In this document: positions 21,340 to 32,315 of the stretch, piece by piece
Numbering within the stretch: the first letter of the stretch is position 1
Layout of the letters: each line of letters opens with the position of its first letter
Virus record (IMG/VR): IMGVR_UViG_3300030117_003369
Location: 1 to 64,000 of that record
Strand: one strand, 5' to 3'
Source of the DNA: a virus
Length of the DNA: 64,000 nt
The notes under the pieces: generated by a model
What the model was told of the DNA's origin: nothing
The model's database searches: none
Seen by the model: only the letters and a program-made list of their open reading frames with translations
Translations under genes and position numbers: made by a program

Positions 21340-22812
21340 ATGAATATGGATAAAATTGTAGTAATTGGAAAAATAAAAGCAAGCAATGAGCAAACAGTAG
21401 ACATGGAGTACGAAGCAGCATCGGGCACTAGAGAAGTGCGCCTGCCAAGAAATCTATTCGACAGAATAGAGAGCATTGGTGATGGTAGAACTGCTATACT
21501 ACTCAATGTTGACGACAGCGAAGATGGACAAATGATTGGTGCATTCATGGGCGGAGGCCCGCATGCACCGTTGCACGATAGTGCAGAAAACCAAAGGATT
21601 GTGGAAGCAATGGAACATGGAGAAGATATAATGAAGAACGAAGAAACAAATGATGAGACACCGCAGTGGAACACAGCAGGACCGACCATCACCGTAGGCG
21701 ATCAAGTGGTCGCTCAGGCTGATGAATCAGGGCCATTCGATGCAGCGTTCCTGTCCGGTGGTAGAGCCAAGCACAAGGCAGTGAACTGGGACTTTACTCC
21801 AGTGAAGAAGCCTGCGCTAGTTATCATGGATGAAGAAGGTAGAGATGGTATGGTGCTTGACACCGTAGCCCGTGTCAACCTAGCAGATGGTGAGCCTGCT
21901 GCTTACCACATCTTCAACCCTGATTACAAAGACGAGAAGCGACCAGCAGGTGCGTACCTTGGTACCTTTAGCAAGCAGTACTACCCTATGCCGTACCGTG
22001 AAGGATTCGGCCCTATCTTGGAACTGGCTGCTCAGAATGGCTGGGAATGTAAGCCACTTGCTTACAAAGAAGGCAAGAGAGCAGACTTGTTTTGTGATGT
22101 GAGTAGCAATGTAAACTGGGACGATGTTCGTGGTAACAGGCACGGCTTCGTGAACACTGGTGACTACCGTATTGGATTCGTAGTCAGAAACAGTCTTGAC
22201 GGCAGTAGCAGTTTCAAGATACAGGCAGTTGCAATGCGTATGGAGTGTAGCAACGGTCAGGTCATGGGCAAAGAGGCTACACTAGTCAGCCTCAAGCACA
22301 CTGAGAACACACTGAAGGGTTACGACTTCGGCAAACTAGCGGCTAAGATTGATGATGTCATCAGATATGCGCAAGAGCAAATTGTAGCAGTTGAGAACCT
22401 GCGTGATGTCGATGTCACCCGTGAAGCCTTTGACAAGTTGATGACGATTTGTGAGAGCAAGGGCTTGATTACCAAGCCAACAGTCACTCGCAATGAGCAA
22501 GGCGATGTCACTGGTTTGACCCGTGGTTACATGTGGCGTGTACTTGGTGCTGGTTGGACTAAGCCTGCTGAACCGTGGGTTGCAGTAGAGCCTGAAGATG
22601 CTGGTACTCTGTACCATGTATACAACATCTTGACTGGTGCAGTTACTCACAAGCCTGAGTGGACTGACGGCAAGCAGGTGTTGAAGGGCAAGGTGCTTCA
22701 GATGGATGCTGTCTCTGACAGACTATCCAAGATTCACACAGTAATCACCGATGTTGCATCGGGCAAGATTGACTTGGAGAATGTCACACCGTTCTCTGAA
22801 CTAATTGTGTGA
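21340..22812 (+). CDS. DUF932-like protein
   Basis: RNSLDGSSSF...RMECSNG...SLKHT matches the NSxDG...RxxCxNG signature. Confidence 0.7.
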   Translation: MNMDKIVVIGKIKASNEQTVDMEYEAASGTREVRLPRNLFDRIESIGDGRTAILLNVDDSEDGQMIGAFMGGGPHAPLHDSAENQRIVEAMEHGEDIMKNEETNDETPQWNTAGPTITVGDQVVAQADESGPFDAAFLSGGRAKHKAVNWDFTPVKKPALVIMDEEGRDGMVLDTVARVNLADGEPAAYHIFNPDYKDEKRPAGAYLGTFSKQYYPMPYREGFGPILELAAQNGWECKPLAYKEGKRADLFCDVSSNVNWDDVRGNRHGFVNTGDYRIGFVVRNSLDGSSSFKIQAVAMRMECSNGQVMGKEATLVSLKHTENTLKGYDFGKLAAKIDDVIRYAQEQIVAVENLRDVDVTREAFDKLMTICESKGLITKPTVTRNEQGDVTGLTRGYMWRVLGAGWTKPAEPWVAVEPEDAGTLYHVYNILTGAVTHKPEWTDGKQVLKGKVLQMDAVSDRLSKIHTVITDVASGKIDLENVTPFSELIV

Positions 22813-23159
22813 AACAAGAGGTGAACACAAATGAAAGTTGCAGAATTAATAGAGATTTTACAAGGGATGCCTGAAAAGGCTGAATTGGTTTGGAGTGCTT
22901 CATTAGAAGATGAAGAATACGAAGAATTGAAACTAGTAAATGTGACTGAGGAGAGTGCTGTGTGTATGTATTTCAACCAAGACCCTTCTTTTGAAGGTGT
23001 CGAAACATGTTGGGTGTCCGTACACATAAGTGACAGTGTGTGATTGTGCAATAGCACTTACATTGGGGTTTGCCCAGTAATAACAGGGAAAGTTTTCGCT
23101 TTGGGAATAGTAGCGGGGGTTGCTATGAACCTGTTTCCCCAGTGGTAGGAGTTGATGAT

Positions 23160-23261
23160 ATGGATAGATGTAATAGATGTAAACATGAAACGCATCCCGA
23201 CGAGTTGAAGTTTAACTTTGGCGTGTGCGATGGATGCGACCAATACAAAGAGGAGGAATAG
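23160..23261 (+). CDS. Tiny Zn-finger protein (33 aa)
   Basis: MDRCNRC...CDGC, AGGAG RBS, 3' part of ORF 23070..23261. Confidence 0.55.
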   Translation: MDRCNRCKHETHPDELKFNFGVCDGCDQYKEEE

Positions 23262-23263
23262 AA

Positions 23264-23713
23264 ATGAGTTATCAAGCGAATTGTTATAGATGCAATAAAG
23301 TGTTTTTGAAAACATCTATGAAATCGACAAGGACGATTTGTAGAGAGTGTCAATTACAAAGAGAAGATGGTGAGCAAACTGAATCTACCAATACAAGGGT
23401 AGTGGCTGCGCTAGAGGAAATGAACAAGAAAGAAATCTTGAAGTTACTTCAGTCGATGCAGACTAAACAGGACGAACTACAAGCGAAGGTGGATGAATTA
23501 ATGGTTACCACCCACGAACTTACTTCGGTTACTGTCGATGACTTAATCGCTGACGACACTTTCAAAGTTCGCATTAAAACTTTAGTGCGGGAGGGGTTGA
23601 GTACTAGGTTAGGTCCAATCCGTGAAAGTGTCAAGCAGGTGAGAAGTTTGCAAGAAGATCACGGTTACTGGAAGCAGATGGTTAGAGCGATAATCAAGGA
23701 GGAATTACAATGA
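23264..23713 (+). CDS. Zn-finger plus coiled-coil protein
   Basis: CYRC...CREC followed by heptad-like helices. Confidence 0.7.
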   Translation: MSYQANCYRCNKVFLKTSMKSTRTICRECQLQREDGEQTESTNTRVVAALEEMNKKEILKLLQSMQTKQDELQAKVDELMVTTHELTSVTVDDLIADDTFKVRIKTLVREGLSTRLGPIRESVKQVRSLQEDHGYWKQMVRAIIKEELQ

Positions 23714-23895
23714 ACGCAGACGAAGAAAAATTACTGAAATTGAGAAATCAACTGTATGAAGAATGGATTAAACACAGGACAAGCACGAGATATGATGCTG
23801 ATTTGATAGATTATTTGTATCTGTATATGAATGAACTAGAGTATGTGCTTCACGGTCCTAGAGGTCATCCCGATTTTAGGAGGAGTCCAGCATGA
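23710..23895 (+). CDS. Hypothetical protein, paralog of 24023-24241
   Basis: Shared MNA(D/E)E start and YMNxLxYVxHGPRGHPDF. Confidence 0.75.
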   Translation: MNADEEKLLKLRNQLYEEWIKHRTSTRYDADLIDYLYLYMNELEYVLHGPRGHPDFRRSPA

Positions 23896-24022
23896 TAGCA
23901 TTGTGCGACAGGGCTGACTTTTACTTACAATTGACACAAGGTAGGCACGAACATCCTAGTAAACTTTGGTGGACTAAGGACTGTATTGGGTGCGACTTTT
24001 GTTACACGATGGAGGAATTACA

Positions 24023-24241
24023 ATGAACGCAGAAGAATATGAACTATACCAATTACAAATGAAGATGTTTGATGCTTGGTTTGCACTGATTCAAGAGCCT
24101 GATAGTTACGCTACTTTGCGATACTGGGCTGACGAGTATGTTAGACCATACATGAATAAACTGTGTTATGTAAAGCACGGTCCTAGAGGTCACCCTGATT
24201 TTGACCCTGAATATCAACAGCAACTATTGGAGGAGGAATAG
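24023..24241 (+). CDS. Hypothetical protein, paralog of 23710-23895
   Basis: ATG 24023 after GGAGG, HGPRGHPDF. Confidence 0.75.
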   Translation: MNAEEYELYQLQMKMFDAWFALIQEPDSYATLRYWADEYVRPYMNKLCYVKHGPRGHPDFDPEYQQQLLEEE

Positions 24242-24243
24242 AA

Positions 24244-24786
24244 ATGAGTTGGAATAATGTAGAGAGAAAGATGGTTATGTTTTTGGACAGAATGCCTGAC
24301 AAAGCGGCAACACTGTACTTAGATGCAGAGTTGCCAAGAGCAGTAGAGAATGTACACAATGTACTATGCAGGCCTGACCTGCTAGACGAGGTTGTACTCA
24401 GACAGTACATGTGGACATACGAGAGTATACCTAACTACTCTTGGATGGTTTTGCATGCACATCACTTGGCGAAGAGGTACAACCGTTCCTCTTTCAATAG
24501 TGTAGACCAAGACATCTTAGACAGGATTGACAAGGTACACAAGTCACCAGTCCCACACAGATTGGGCGGTGACAGATTCACAGATGTACCGCTGTGCGTA
24601 CCTGAACAGTACAGGGCAGTGGCGTTTGAGAATCCACCACCACGCACCGAAGAGGATGCGTTGTACCACAGAGAACTTGAGATAGAATACTTAGAGTATG
24701 TGCCACTTGCAGATGCGGTGGATATTTACAAAGAGTATCAGGATCTCAAGGAGAGAGCACACATAGCGGGGTATTTACATGAATGA
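24244..24786 (+). CDS. Divergent paralog of the pyrimidine-dimer glycosylase-like protein at 34232
   Basis: Colinear similarity: FLDRMPDKAA/VLDESPTIAA, NYSWMVLHA/NFQWLAQHA, VPEQYR/MPDEYK, DAVDIY/DAVKAY. Confidence 0.55.
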   Translation: MSWNNVERKMVMFLDRMPDKAATLYLDAELPRAVENVHNVLCRPDLLDEVVLRQYMWTYESIPNYSWMVLHAHHLAKRYNRSSFNSVDQDILDRIDKVHKSPVPHRLGGDRFTDVPLCVPEQYRAVAFENPPPRTEEDALYHRELEIEYLEYVPLADAVDIYKEYQDLKERAHIAGYLHE

Positions 24787-25573
24787 CATTAAAGTAGTGA
24801 GGCAAGATAACTTAGACTTACTCTTCAGTCTTGAAAGTGAATCAATAGATTTAATTTATTGTGACATATTATACGGGACAGGCAAGGATTTCAAAGATTA
24901 CAAAGACATCAAAGCAGACAGAAAAACTGTTGAAGAACATTACATTCCGAGAATAAGGGAAATGCACAGGGTCTTGAAAAAAGATGGCAGTATCTATTTG
25001 CATATGGACACAAGAATTAACCATTGGTTAAGGTGTATCATGGATGACATATTCGGCTACAAATGTTTTAGAAATGAAATATCTTGGTGGTATAAAAGAT
25101 GGTCTAATGTGAGTTATGGTTATCAAAAAATGCACGATGTAATATTGTTTTACTCTAAAGGTAAAGGCACTTTCAACATACAGTATCAAGGGTATTCTCA
25201 ACCTGACACTATTGAAGATACAGTGAGGGGAGTTATTGATGGCAAACTTGTGAGGTTGAAAGACGAGAGTGGAAATTACATTAAGCGTCAAAAAGAAAAC
25301 AAAGGTGTTCCTTTACACGATGTGTGGGAAATGCAACATCTTCAACCCACATCTAAAGAACGGATTGGATATGCGACACAGAAACCAAAGGCACTGATTG
25401 AAAGAATAATAAAGGCAAGTAGTAACGAGGGGGATTTAGTTGCAGATTTCTATTTGGGTAGTGGAACCACGGCAGTAGTTTGTAAAGAATTGAATAGAAG
25501 ATTCATAGGATGCGACATAAGTGAAGTAGCGGTAAATACTACATTGAATAGACTAAAGGAGATGATTGAATGA
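24779..25573 (+). CDS. DNA amino-methyltransferase, beta class, with non-canonical motif IV (DILY)
   Basis: SIDLIYCDILYG, RVLKKDGSIY, FRNEI, YATQKPKALIERII, ADFYLGSGTT. Confidence 0.88.
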   Translation: MNDIKVVRQDNLDLLFSLESESIDLIYCDILYGTGKDFKDYKDIKADRKTVEEHYIPRIREMHRVLKKDGSIYLHMDTRINHWLRCIMDDIFGYKCFRNEISWWYKRWSNVSYGYQKMHDVILFYSKGKGTFNIQYQGYSQPDTIEDTVRGVIDGKLVRLKDESGNYIKRQKENKGVPLHDVWEMQHLQPTSKERIGYATQKPKALIERIIKASSNEGDLVADFYLGSGTTAVVCKELNRRFIGCDISEVAVNTTLNRLKEMIE

Positions 25574-28115
25574 GTGTTAATCCTAACTATTTAATGAAAT
25601 GTGAAAAATGCCATGTGCATTCATACGATCTAATATTTTTACAGTGTGAAAATTGCGGTCACATGACTGATGAGCACAAAGAATTAGTGGGCGAGAATAG
25701 AGAAAACCTTACCAACTATTTTAAGGCAAGAAGAGCGGCGAGAGAAGAGTACGCCAACAGAGTATGGAGGAATAAAGAATGAAAGAAGAATTAGAAGCGA
25801 TAGAAGAATTGAAACTACATTTGGAAGAGGCGTGTCACGCTGCTTTCAGATTAAAGAGGTCAGGTGTTTTCGACCATGACACCTATGAGCAAGAGTTCAA
25901 TGGTAAGATAGCCTTTATGGAATCTCTGGTAGCGGTAGCAGAGGCAGTGATTAGAGGTGATGAATGATGAAGTGCCGTACATGTAGCAAAGGTGGAGTGA
26001 CCGATTGCGATCACTGTGGCATGCCCGTATGCCGGGAGTGTTCACGGATTGTAGTAAAGAAGGTGACTGATGAGCATGTTTACATTTATCACAAAGAAAC
26101 ATGTGTGCCTAGAAAGTACAGAAAGAAGGAGATAGAAGCATGACTAATTTGACTGATGATTTTTGGAGATTGGCTGAAGAACACAAGCGGTTGAAAGAAG
26201 AACTTGAACGCTTGAAGAAGCAACATGATTGGGACCATGAGGTATTAATGCACATAGATAATCACGGACTGGATTACTCGTATGACTATTTCCTGTATCT
26301 TAGGACTCATGGAGGTTGGTGTCCAAAGTGTGAAACGATAGACACTGCTGAAGGTGGAGAGTTTTACGGGGGTCGAGAACTTCAAAGTCCAAACGATGAT
26401 GGGCAATACGAATGTGGCATTTGTTATCACAATGAGGTGACTGCATGAGTTTAGCATGGATAATGAGAATGTTTCTGAAGAAGGAACCTGAAGAACCACA
26501 CATACCAGTAATGTCACAATGTCCTGTTTGTGAAAGGGATTCTGTCGAGGATGGACAATTTTATCATTATGTTGCGAGAGATAGATTGTATAAGGCTTAT
26601 GAGAGGATTCACGAATACATGGATTTAGGCTATGCAATAGAAAGGCTTACCCATGAGTGCTGTGAAGATTGCTATTACGAAAAGGGTTATGCCTCTGACA
26701 TGAATGAACTTGAAGATTACCTTTTGGATATAATAAACGGGGAAGTGGAAGCATGAATAAAGAAGGACGGAAACAATTAGCAGAAGCAATGTCGAAGATT
26801 GCAGAAGCAAAAGAAATTATTGAACAAGTACGAGAAGAAGAGCAGGAAAAGTTGGATAACTTAGAAGCGGTAGGACTTGAGTATTCTCCAAACGGTGAGA
26901 AAATGCAAGAGGCCATAGATGCTCTATACGAAGCAGAGTATGCCTGTGAAACTTGCGATGAACAACTACAAGAGGCGAGCGCATGACAAGAAATATAGAA
27001 AGAGCGAAGCAGGATTTGAAAATGATAGTAACCACTAGTTGGATCAACTGGTGTGTAGAAAATGGAATAGATTGGGACAAGTGTTACCCAGTCATCAGTG
27101 ACTTCGGCACTAAGTTTGAAGTACAGATGCCTGAATCACTCGTACCCATGACAGAGGAGGAATAGAAATGAATAGAATGATAGCAGAAGAAGGAATGAAT
27201 GTAGTGACTGTAAGTGGATTCGGTGACTTGCACATATTTGTAAGGAAGGGGGATTTGTACGAAGTGACAATTTTCAATGCAAGGGTCACCAAGAAGAAAA
27301 CACATGTGATGAAACACAACAGTGAGAAATTGCATCATGTAAACTTAAAGATAACAGTAGATGATAAGTGAGGGATGAATATGAATATAGATAGTTTAAC
27401 ACACGCAAGCGTATGCTTAGACATAGCATTAGAAAAAGCAGAAAATAGAGATTACGAAAGTGCACGGGAATACATTCGTAAGTGCAAAGAAAGTTTGGAG
27501 ATGGTAGAATGAAGTACAGATTGACAATAGAAGAAAACGATATTGATTCAGACGCATCATCAGATTTCACCTTTAGTAACAAAGACCACTTGATTGAGTT
27601 TTTACTCATGGAACTGGATGCTTACACATTCAAGAACCCAAAACTGACAAGGAGTAATTAATATGAATATGAATAGAGAAGTATTAGAAGAACGAGCAAG
27701 GAAGATACAGGAGCAGGCTAAGTTAGCGCAGGCTGGCTTACAGACTATGAAGAACTTACAGAAGTGTTTGCAACACGGACACACCTTTGAGTTGCAGTTA
27801 GAGCAGCAGGAGTTTCATGAGATACTCAAGATGGGGCTAAGGTGCAGTGTGTGCGGAGCAGAAACAGAACTGTTTGAGAACATCTCACTAGAGATGCCTG
27901 ACGATGAAGAGAAGGTCGGTGAATTGGCTACTTTAGGCTTGGATGAAATAGATGTTGAAACGCCTGAAGAGGAACCCGTAGAGGAAGCCACTGAACCATA
28001 CGGGTTCAACCCTGCGGAACCTAGCGTAGACAACCCCTATGAAACCAAGCCTAACAAAGTCCCAAGCGATATAATGGAGAGAGTACAGAGGCGATATGAT
28101 GGTGGAACTAATTGA
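25570..28115 (+). other. Run of short hypothetical genes, several with CxxC pairs (25570-25782, 25779-25967, 26140-26448, 26445-26756, 26753-26986, 26983-27165, 27168-27371, 27663-28115)
   Basis: Coupled ORFs with RBS. Confidence 0.75.
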
Positions 28116-30081
28116 TTACAGTGACAAATATGGCAAGCGAATTGGTATGAAGTACCCATACAATCCCGATCTCAACAACGCTTTGAAAACAAGAATTGGT
28201 TTTCCCGGTGTCAAGTGGGACGGTGAGCAGAAGGTTTGGAGCATACAAGACAATCGCAACATAATATTGATTGCAGCAGAAGCGTTGGTGGACTTTGGCC
28301 TTGATGGTGAAGAGTTGTACAATCGTGCAAACATACATCCAAGGGACCAAAAGAACCCTGACGATTGCTGGGTAGAAGAAGTCGGTACTAGACTCAAAGT
28401 ACACTGGCCTTACATCAAGGACACAGACTTACGAGAGAATGTCAGACTTGCTATCCGTTCAATCGATGGTCGTAAGTTTGAGCCGCTAGCAAAGTGTTGG
28501 AGTATTCCTTTAGCACAGGGCAAGATACTTTACAATACTATGAAGGACTTGTACCCTCCGCTAGCAGAGGCTATCCTAGACTGTGATGCAGCGGTGCACG
28601 ATGTGTGGGATAGCATCAGGCGAGTAGAGATGAGTGGTGCGGCCACCCTCACTGATGAGGACTTGGTGGCAATAGACAGGCGACTTGAGTCGAGAATACC
28701 ACCGCACTTAGAACTGTACCCCTTTCAGAAAGTGGGAGTAGCATTCGCTGAAGCCAGCAATGGACGCTGTTTGATTGGCGATGAGATGGGTATTGGTAAA
28801 ACAATACAGGCCATCGCTTACGCAGCCTTGAACCCTGCTAGACCTGCGCTTGTAGTGTGCCCTGCGAATGTCAAGTACAACTGGCAGAAGGAAATCAAGA
28901 AGTGGTTACCTGCTGAAACTGTACAAGTAATTGACAGTGGTAAAGCAGAACTAATTGCCGCAGACTTCTATGTTATCAATTACGATTTGATGGGCAAGAA
29001 GTTAGACGAACTACTGAAAGTGAATCCAAGACTGACTATCATTGACGAAGCCCACTATCTGAAAAACAAGAAGGCCAAGCGCACAGTTGCGACTATGACG
29101 CTGGCTAGATTCTGTCCTAAAGTGGTTGCACTGAGTGGTACAGCCATAGCCAGTAGACCCAAGGAGTTCTTCAACATCTTGAATCTATTGAGGCCGGATG
29201 AGTTTTCATCAGAGTGGAACTTCTTACAGAGTTACTGCGATCCATTCCACAATGGATGGGGTTGGAACTTCGATGGTGCATCTAACACCAAAGAATTGAA
29301 TGAGCGAACCCGTGATGTTTGCATCCGTAGACTCAAGAGTGAAGTGTTACCTGACCTGCCTCCAAAGACTAGGCAGTTCTTACCTATTCGACTTACAGCA
29401 GACCAGCGTGACATGTATGATGTAGCGCAGGATGAGTGGGAGCAGCGCTTGAATGAATACTATCTCAACGGTGAACCTATTCCTCCGGGCACTATGCTGA
29501 ACATGCTGAGTGACTTGAGGCACAAGTGTGGCACCATCAAGATACCATATGCTTGTGATTGGATTAGAGAATACAACTCAAGTACAGGTAAGCCTGTCAT
29601 TGTATTCGCACATCACAAGGATGTAATCAAGGGAATACACTTGGCCCTAGATAAGGAATACAATGTTGCTTGTATCACTGGGGAAACTGCCCCTAAGACG
29701 AGGCAGGCAATTGTCAATGGATTCCAAGAGGGGGCAATTGATGTGCTACTGTGTAATACTATAGCGGCCAAGGAAGGATTGACTCTGACTAAGGCCGACA
29801 CTGTACTGTTCATAGAGAGAGAATGGGTGCCTTCGGATGAAGAGCAGGCCGAGGCTAGAGTGCACCGTATCGGGCAAGAAAGTAGTAGTGTCCATTCGGT
29901 GTACCTGTCTTGTATGAATACTATTGATGAGCACTTCGATCGAGTAGTCGAACAGAAGCGGCAGGTTGTTAAAGCCGTACTTGACGGAGGAGATGTTGAG
30001 GAGAGAAAGAGCCTAGTAAAGGAGTTAGTGAAGAAGATGAAAGCAGATAGAAATTGGAAATGGGAAGAGGTGTTTGAATGA
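28096..30081 (+). CDS. SNF2-family ATPase, SMARCAL1/HARP-like annealing helicase
   Basis: DEMGIGKT, IIDEAH, LSGT and QAEARVHRIGQ motifs, plus two N-terminal HARP-like repeats. Confidence 0.9.
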   Translation: MMVELIDYSDKYGKRIGMKYPYNPDLNNALKTRIGFPGVKWDGEQKVWSIQDNRNIILIAAEALVDFGLDGEELYNRANIHPRDQKNPDDCWVEEVGTRLKVHWPYIKDTDLRENVRLAIRSIDGRKFEPLAKCWSIPLAQGKILYNTMKDLYPPLAEAILDCDAAVHDVWDSIRRVEMSGAATLTDEDLVAIDRRLESRIPPHLELYPFQKVGVAFAEASNGRCLIGDEMGIGKTIQAIAYAALNPARPALVVCPANVKYNWQKEIKKWLPAETVQVIDSGKAELIAADFYVINYDLMGKKLDELLKVNPRLTIIDEAHYLKNKKAKRTVATMTLARFCPKVVALSGTAIASRPKEFFNILNLLRPDEFSSEWNFLQSYCDPFHNGWGWNFDGASNTKELNERTRDVCIRRLKSEVLPDLPPKTRQFLPIRLTADQRDMYDVAQDEWEQRLNEYYLNGEPIPPGTMLNMLSDLRHKCGTIKIPYACDWIREYNSSTGKPVIVFAHHKDVIKGIHLALDKEYNVACITGETAPKTRQAIVNGFQEGAIDVLLCNTIAAKEGLTLTKADTVLFIEREWVPSDEEQAEARVHRIGQESSSVHSVYLSCMNTIDEHFDRVVEQKRQVVKAVLDGGDVEERKSLVKELVKKMKADRNWKWEEVFE

Positions 30082-30195
30082 ACTATTCAGAGTTTGACAA
30101 TGAAATAAAAGACTGTTGTATAAGAGAACTAAAGTATCGCACAGACGAAAAGAAATACGGTTGCGGCATGTGCGGCACCATATGGAAGGTGACTG

Positions 30196-30480
30196 ATGAT
30201 GTATGATAATAGAATAAACGAATTAGAAGAGATATTGAACGCAGCGACTCAAGTCATCGACAAGATGTCAGAGGAGATCGCTAATTTGAAAGAAGAAGTT
30301 AAGGAGAAAAACGAATGGCTCTTAGGAATGATTCAAAGCAATAGGCAAGAAATCATTAGCGAGTTTCACAAACTGAGTGACGAAGTAATGACTGTAGAAG
30401 TAATGGGAAGCGCAATTCGTGAAATCCAAGACGAGATGAAAAAGAAAAACAGGAAACTGATACTAATACATGAGGTGTAA
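30196..30480 (+). CDS. Coiled-coil hypothetical protein
   Basis: ORF track. Confidence 0.7.
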   Translation: MMYDNRINELEEILNAATQVIDKMSEEIANLKEEVKEKNEWLLGMIQSNRQEIISEFHKLSDEVMTVEVMGSAIREIQDEMKKKNRKLILIHEV

Positions 30481-30482
30481 AT

Positions 30483-30920
30483 ATGACAAATAGATTTGAA
30501 GAATTAAAACAGAAAGCATTGAACGGAGAAATGGACTATGACGCTGAAGGCTCAGTGGCATTGATGATAGAAGTAGGTAAATTACCTAGAACACAAAGAT
30601 GGGAAATAGGCCTAATAACTTACAACCGACTCAATCCCGAACAGAAAATTAAGGAATTGAACATGGAGAACATACATAGAGTTCAATATTTCGATGACCT
30701 AATGAATTGGGAACCTAATGGAGAAATTAACTCCGCAATAAAGGAAGCCACTGAAAGACTAGAAAGTAAAGAATGGTTATGGAGTGAAGTATTGTATTTG
30801 TTTGCTAGAAGAGTCCGTGACTTTGTTTTGGAAAGTAACTACATTTACGAAATGAAAGAGCGAAACGGTTGGTACTCATTTAGAGAAGCGAAACAACTTG
30901 AACTGGAGATGAGCGAATGA
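30483..30920 (+). CDS. Hypothetical protein
   Basis: ORF track. Confidence 0.7.
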   Translation: MTNRFEELKQKALNGEMDYDAEGSVALMIEVGKLPRTQRWEIGLITYNRLNPEQKIKELNMENIHRVQYFDDLMNWEPNGEINSAIKEATERLESKEWLWSEVLYLFARRVRDFVLESNYIYEMKERNGWYSFREAKQLELEMSE

Positions 30921-31240
30921 CAGAAGAAAAAGCAGTAACAATGAAACCCACAGAGATTGACAATGACGGTGTATGGCACTGGGAAGGCAAGGAGATACCA
31001 CTACTTGGTAACCACATGCCTATACCTGACAATGTTAGACTAGACATGGACCCTGTTCGACAGGAGGTCTTGGTTATTGTAGATGTTAGTGACTGGATGA
31101 GCGAGTGTCCCGGTTGCGGTACGGAGGCCAAGGGCATCATATTGATGACAGAGTTTACCAAGGTCTACCCAGCGCACTGCTGTGACAGAATGATATGGAT
31201 GACAGATGAGAGGGATTACAGTGAAATCTACGAAGCATGA
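30917..31240 (+). CDS. Zn-binding hypothetical protein
   Basis: CPGC...HCC. Confidence 0.7.
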   Translation: MTEEKAVTMKPTEIDNDGVWHWEGKEIPLLGNHMPIPDNVRLDMDPVRQEVLVIVDVSDWMSECPGCGTEAKGIILMTEFTKVYPAHCCDRMIWMTDERDYSEIYEA

Positions 31241-31949
31241 TGAGGCAACACCTGAGCAGCAGATAGAACTACTGTTGAGCGGGCTAGCGATTGGTGCCCT
31301 TTGGGAGCCAGCCGGTCACGGCTTGACATACATGAAAACTGGTGATAGAGAGGTTGAACTGATGGTGCAACAAGACAACGCAGAGTCAGCACAGTCCCGT
31401 GTTCGATTGGGAATACTCATGGCTAAAACTGGCTGGCAGGTAAAGGAGGACAATGTACAGATTGCTCCATCCGAAAACCTGTCACCACAGCAGCAGTACA
31501 TGAAGGAGCAGATGAAGCGGCAGGAGATAGCACAGTCCACATGGAAGTGCACCAATCCTGACTGTGGTTGTTTGTTGTCAGCCTTCCCACTTGAGGAGGC
31601 CACTTGGCTTCTCGTGGGTCAAAACAAGATAACCGATGACGAAGGCAATGAGCATGATGCGGAGATGTGGGCGGTCAACATTACCTGCCCTGTCTGTAGC
31701 ACACTAATTTCTATGGAGCCACTGGAGTTTGCGATGTTGGCTGGTGACGATCTGATGATGTCATACAGAACACCCAAGGTTCAACTGGAGGCACTTGACA
31801 GAAATACAATCGTGAGAATGATTGACTCCAATCCGGGTGCTGATAACATAATCATCACTGGTTCATTCTGTCCATTCAGCGGTGCTTTGTTGCCACCGCA
31901 TGTTAGAGGGGCAGTAGTGATGTGGAAAGGAATAGGAGAGGAAGAATGA
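31206..31949 (+). CDS. Cys-rich hypothetical protein
   Basis: CTNPDC...CPVC, start uncertain. Confidence 0.75.
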   Translation: MRGITVKSTKHDEATPEQQIELLLSGLAIGALWEPAGHGLTYMKTGDREVELMVQQDNAESAQSRVRLGILMAKTGWQVKEDNVQIAPSENLSPQQQYMKEQMKRQEIAQSTWKCTNPDCGCLLSAFPLEEATWLLVGQNKITDDEGNEHDAEMWAVNITCPVCSTLISMEPLEFAMLAGDDLMMSYRTPKVQLEALDRNTIVRMIDSNPGADNIIITGSFCPFSGALLPPHVRGAVVMWKGIGEEE

Positions 31950-32224
31950 TGGCGAAGAATATTAGATTGAGAACAAAGTTTGCTAACTTAGCAGAAGAGG
32001 TATTGAGAGAATCAGATGAGGCATTGCCGATTACTGTAATCGTAGACAGGGTTGCAGCCAAGGCACTGACTAAGAGGCGCAAGAATGGTAGACAAGCATC
32101 TAACAGGTACTTGCGTGATATGAAGCGAAAAACAGTCCATCACATCTTCAAGAATGATAAGCGCTTTGTCAAGACAGAGCAAGAAGAGTGGCGTGTCAAC
32201 TTATGGACACTAGCGGAGGAATGA
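31946..32224 (+). CDS. Small basic protein, possible winged-helix DNA binder
   Basis: Helical basic core ending in F..T.....W.L, resembling 43888-44181. Confidence 0.5.
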   Translation: MMAKNIRLRTKFANLAEEVLRESDEALPITVIVDRVAAKALTKRRKNGRQASNRYLRDMKRKTVHHIFKNDKRFVKTEQEEWRVNLWTLAEE

Positions 32225-32315
32225 GTATGAGTTGGATTGAAGAATGGTTTCCACCTGAATGTACTAAGTGCATGAAGTTCGGGAAGGAATGTAAGTGTAA
32301 AGAAAAAAAGGAGGA

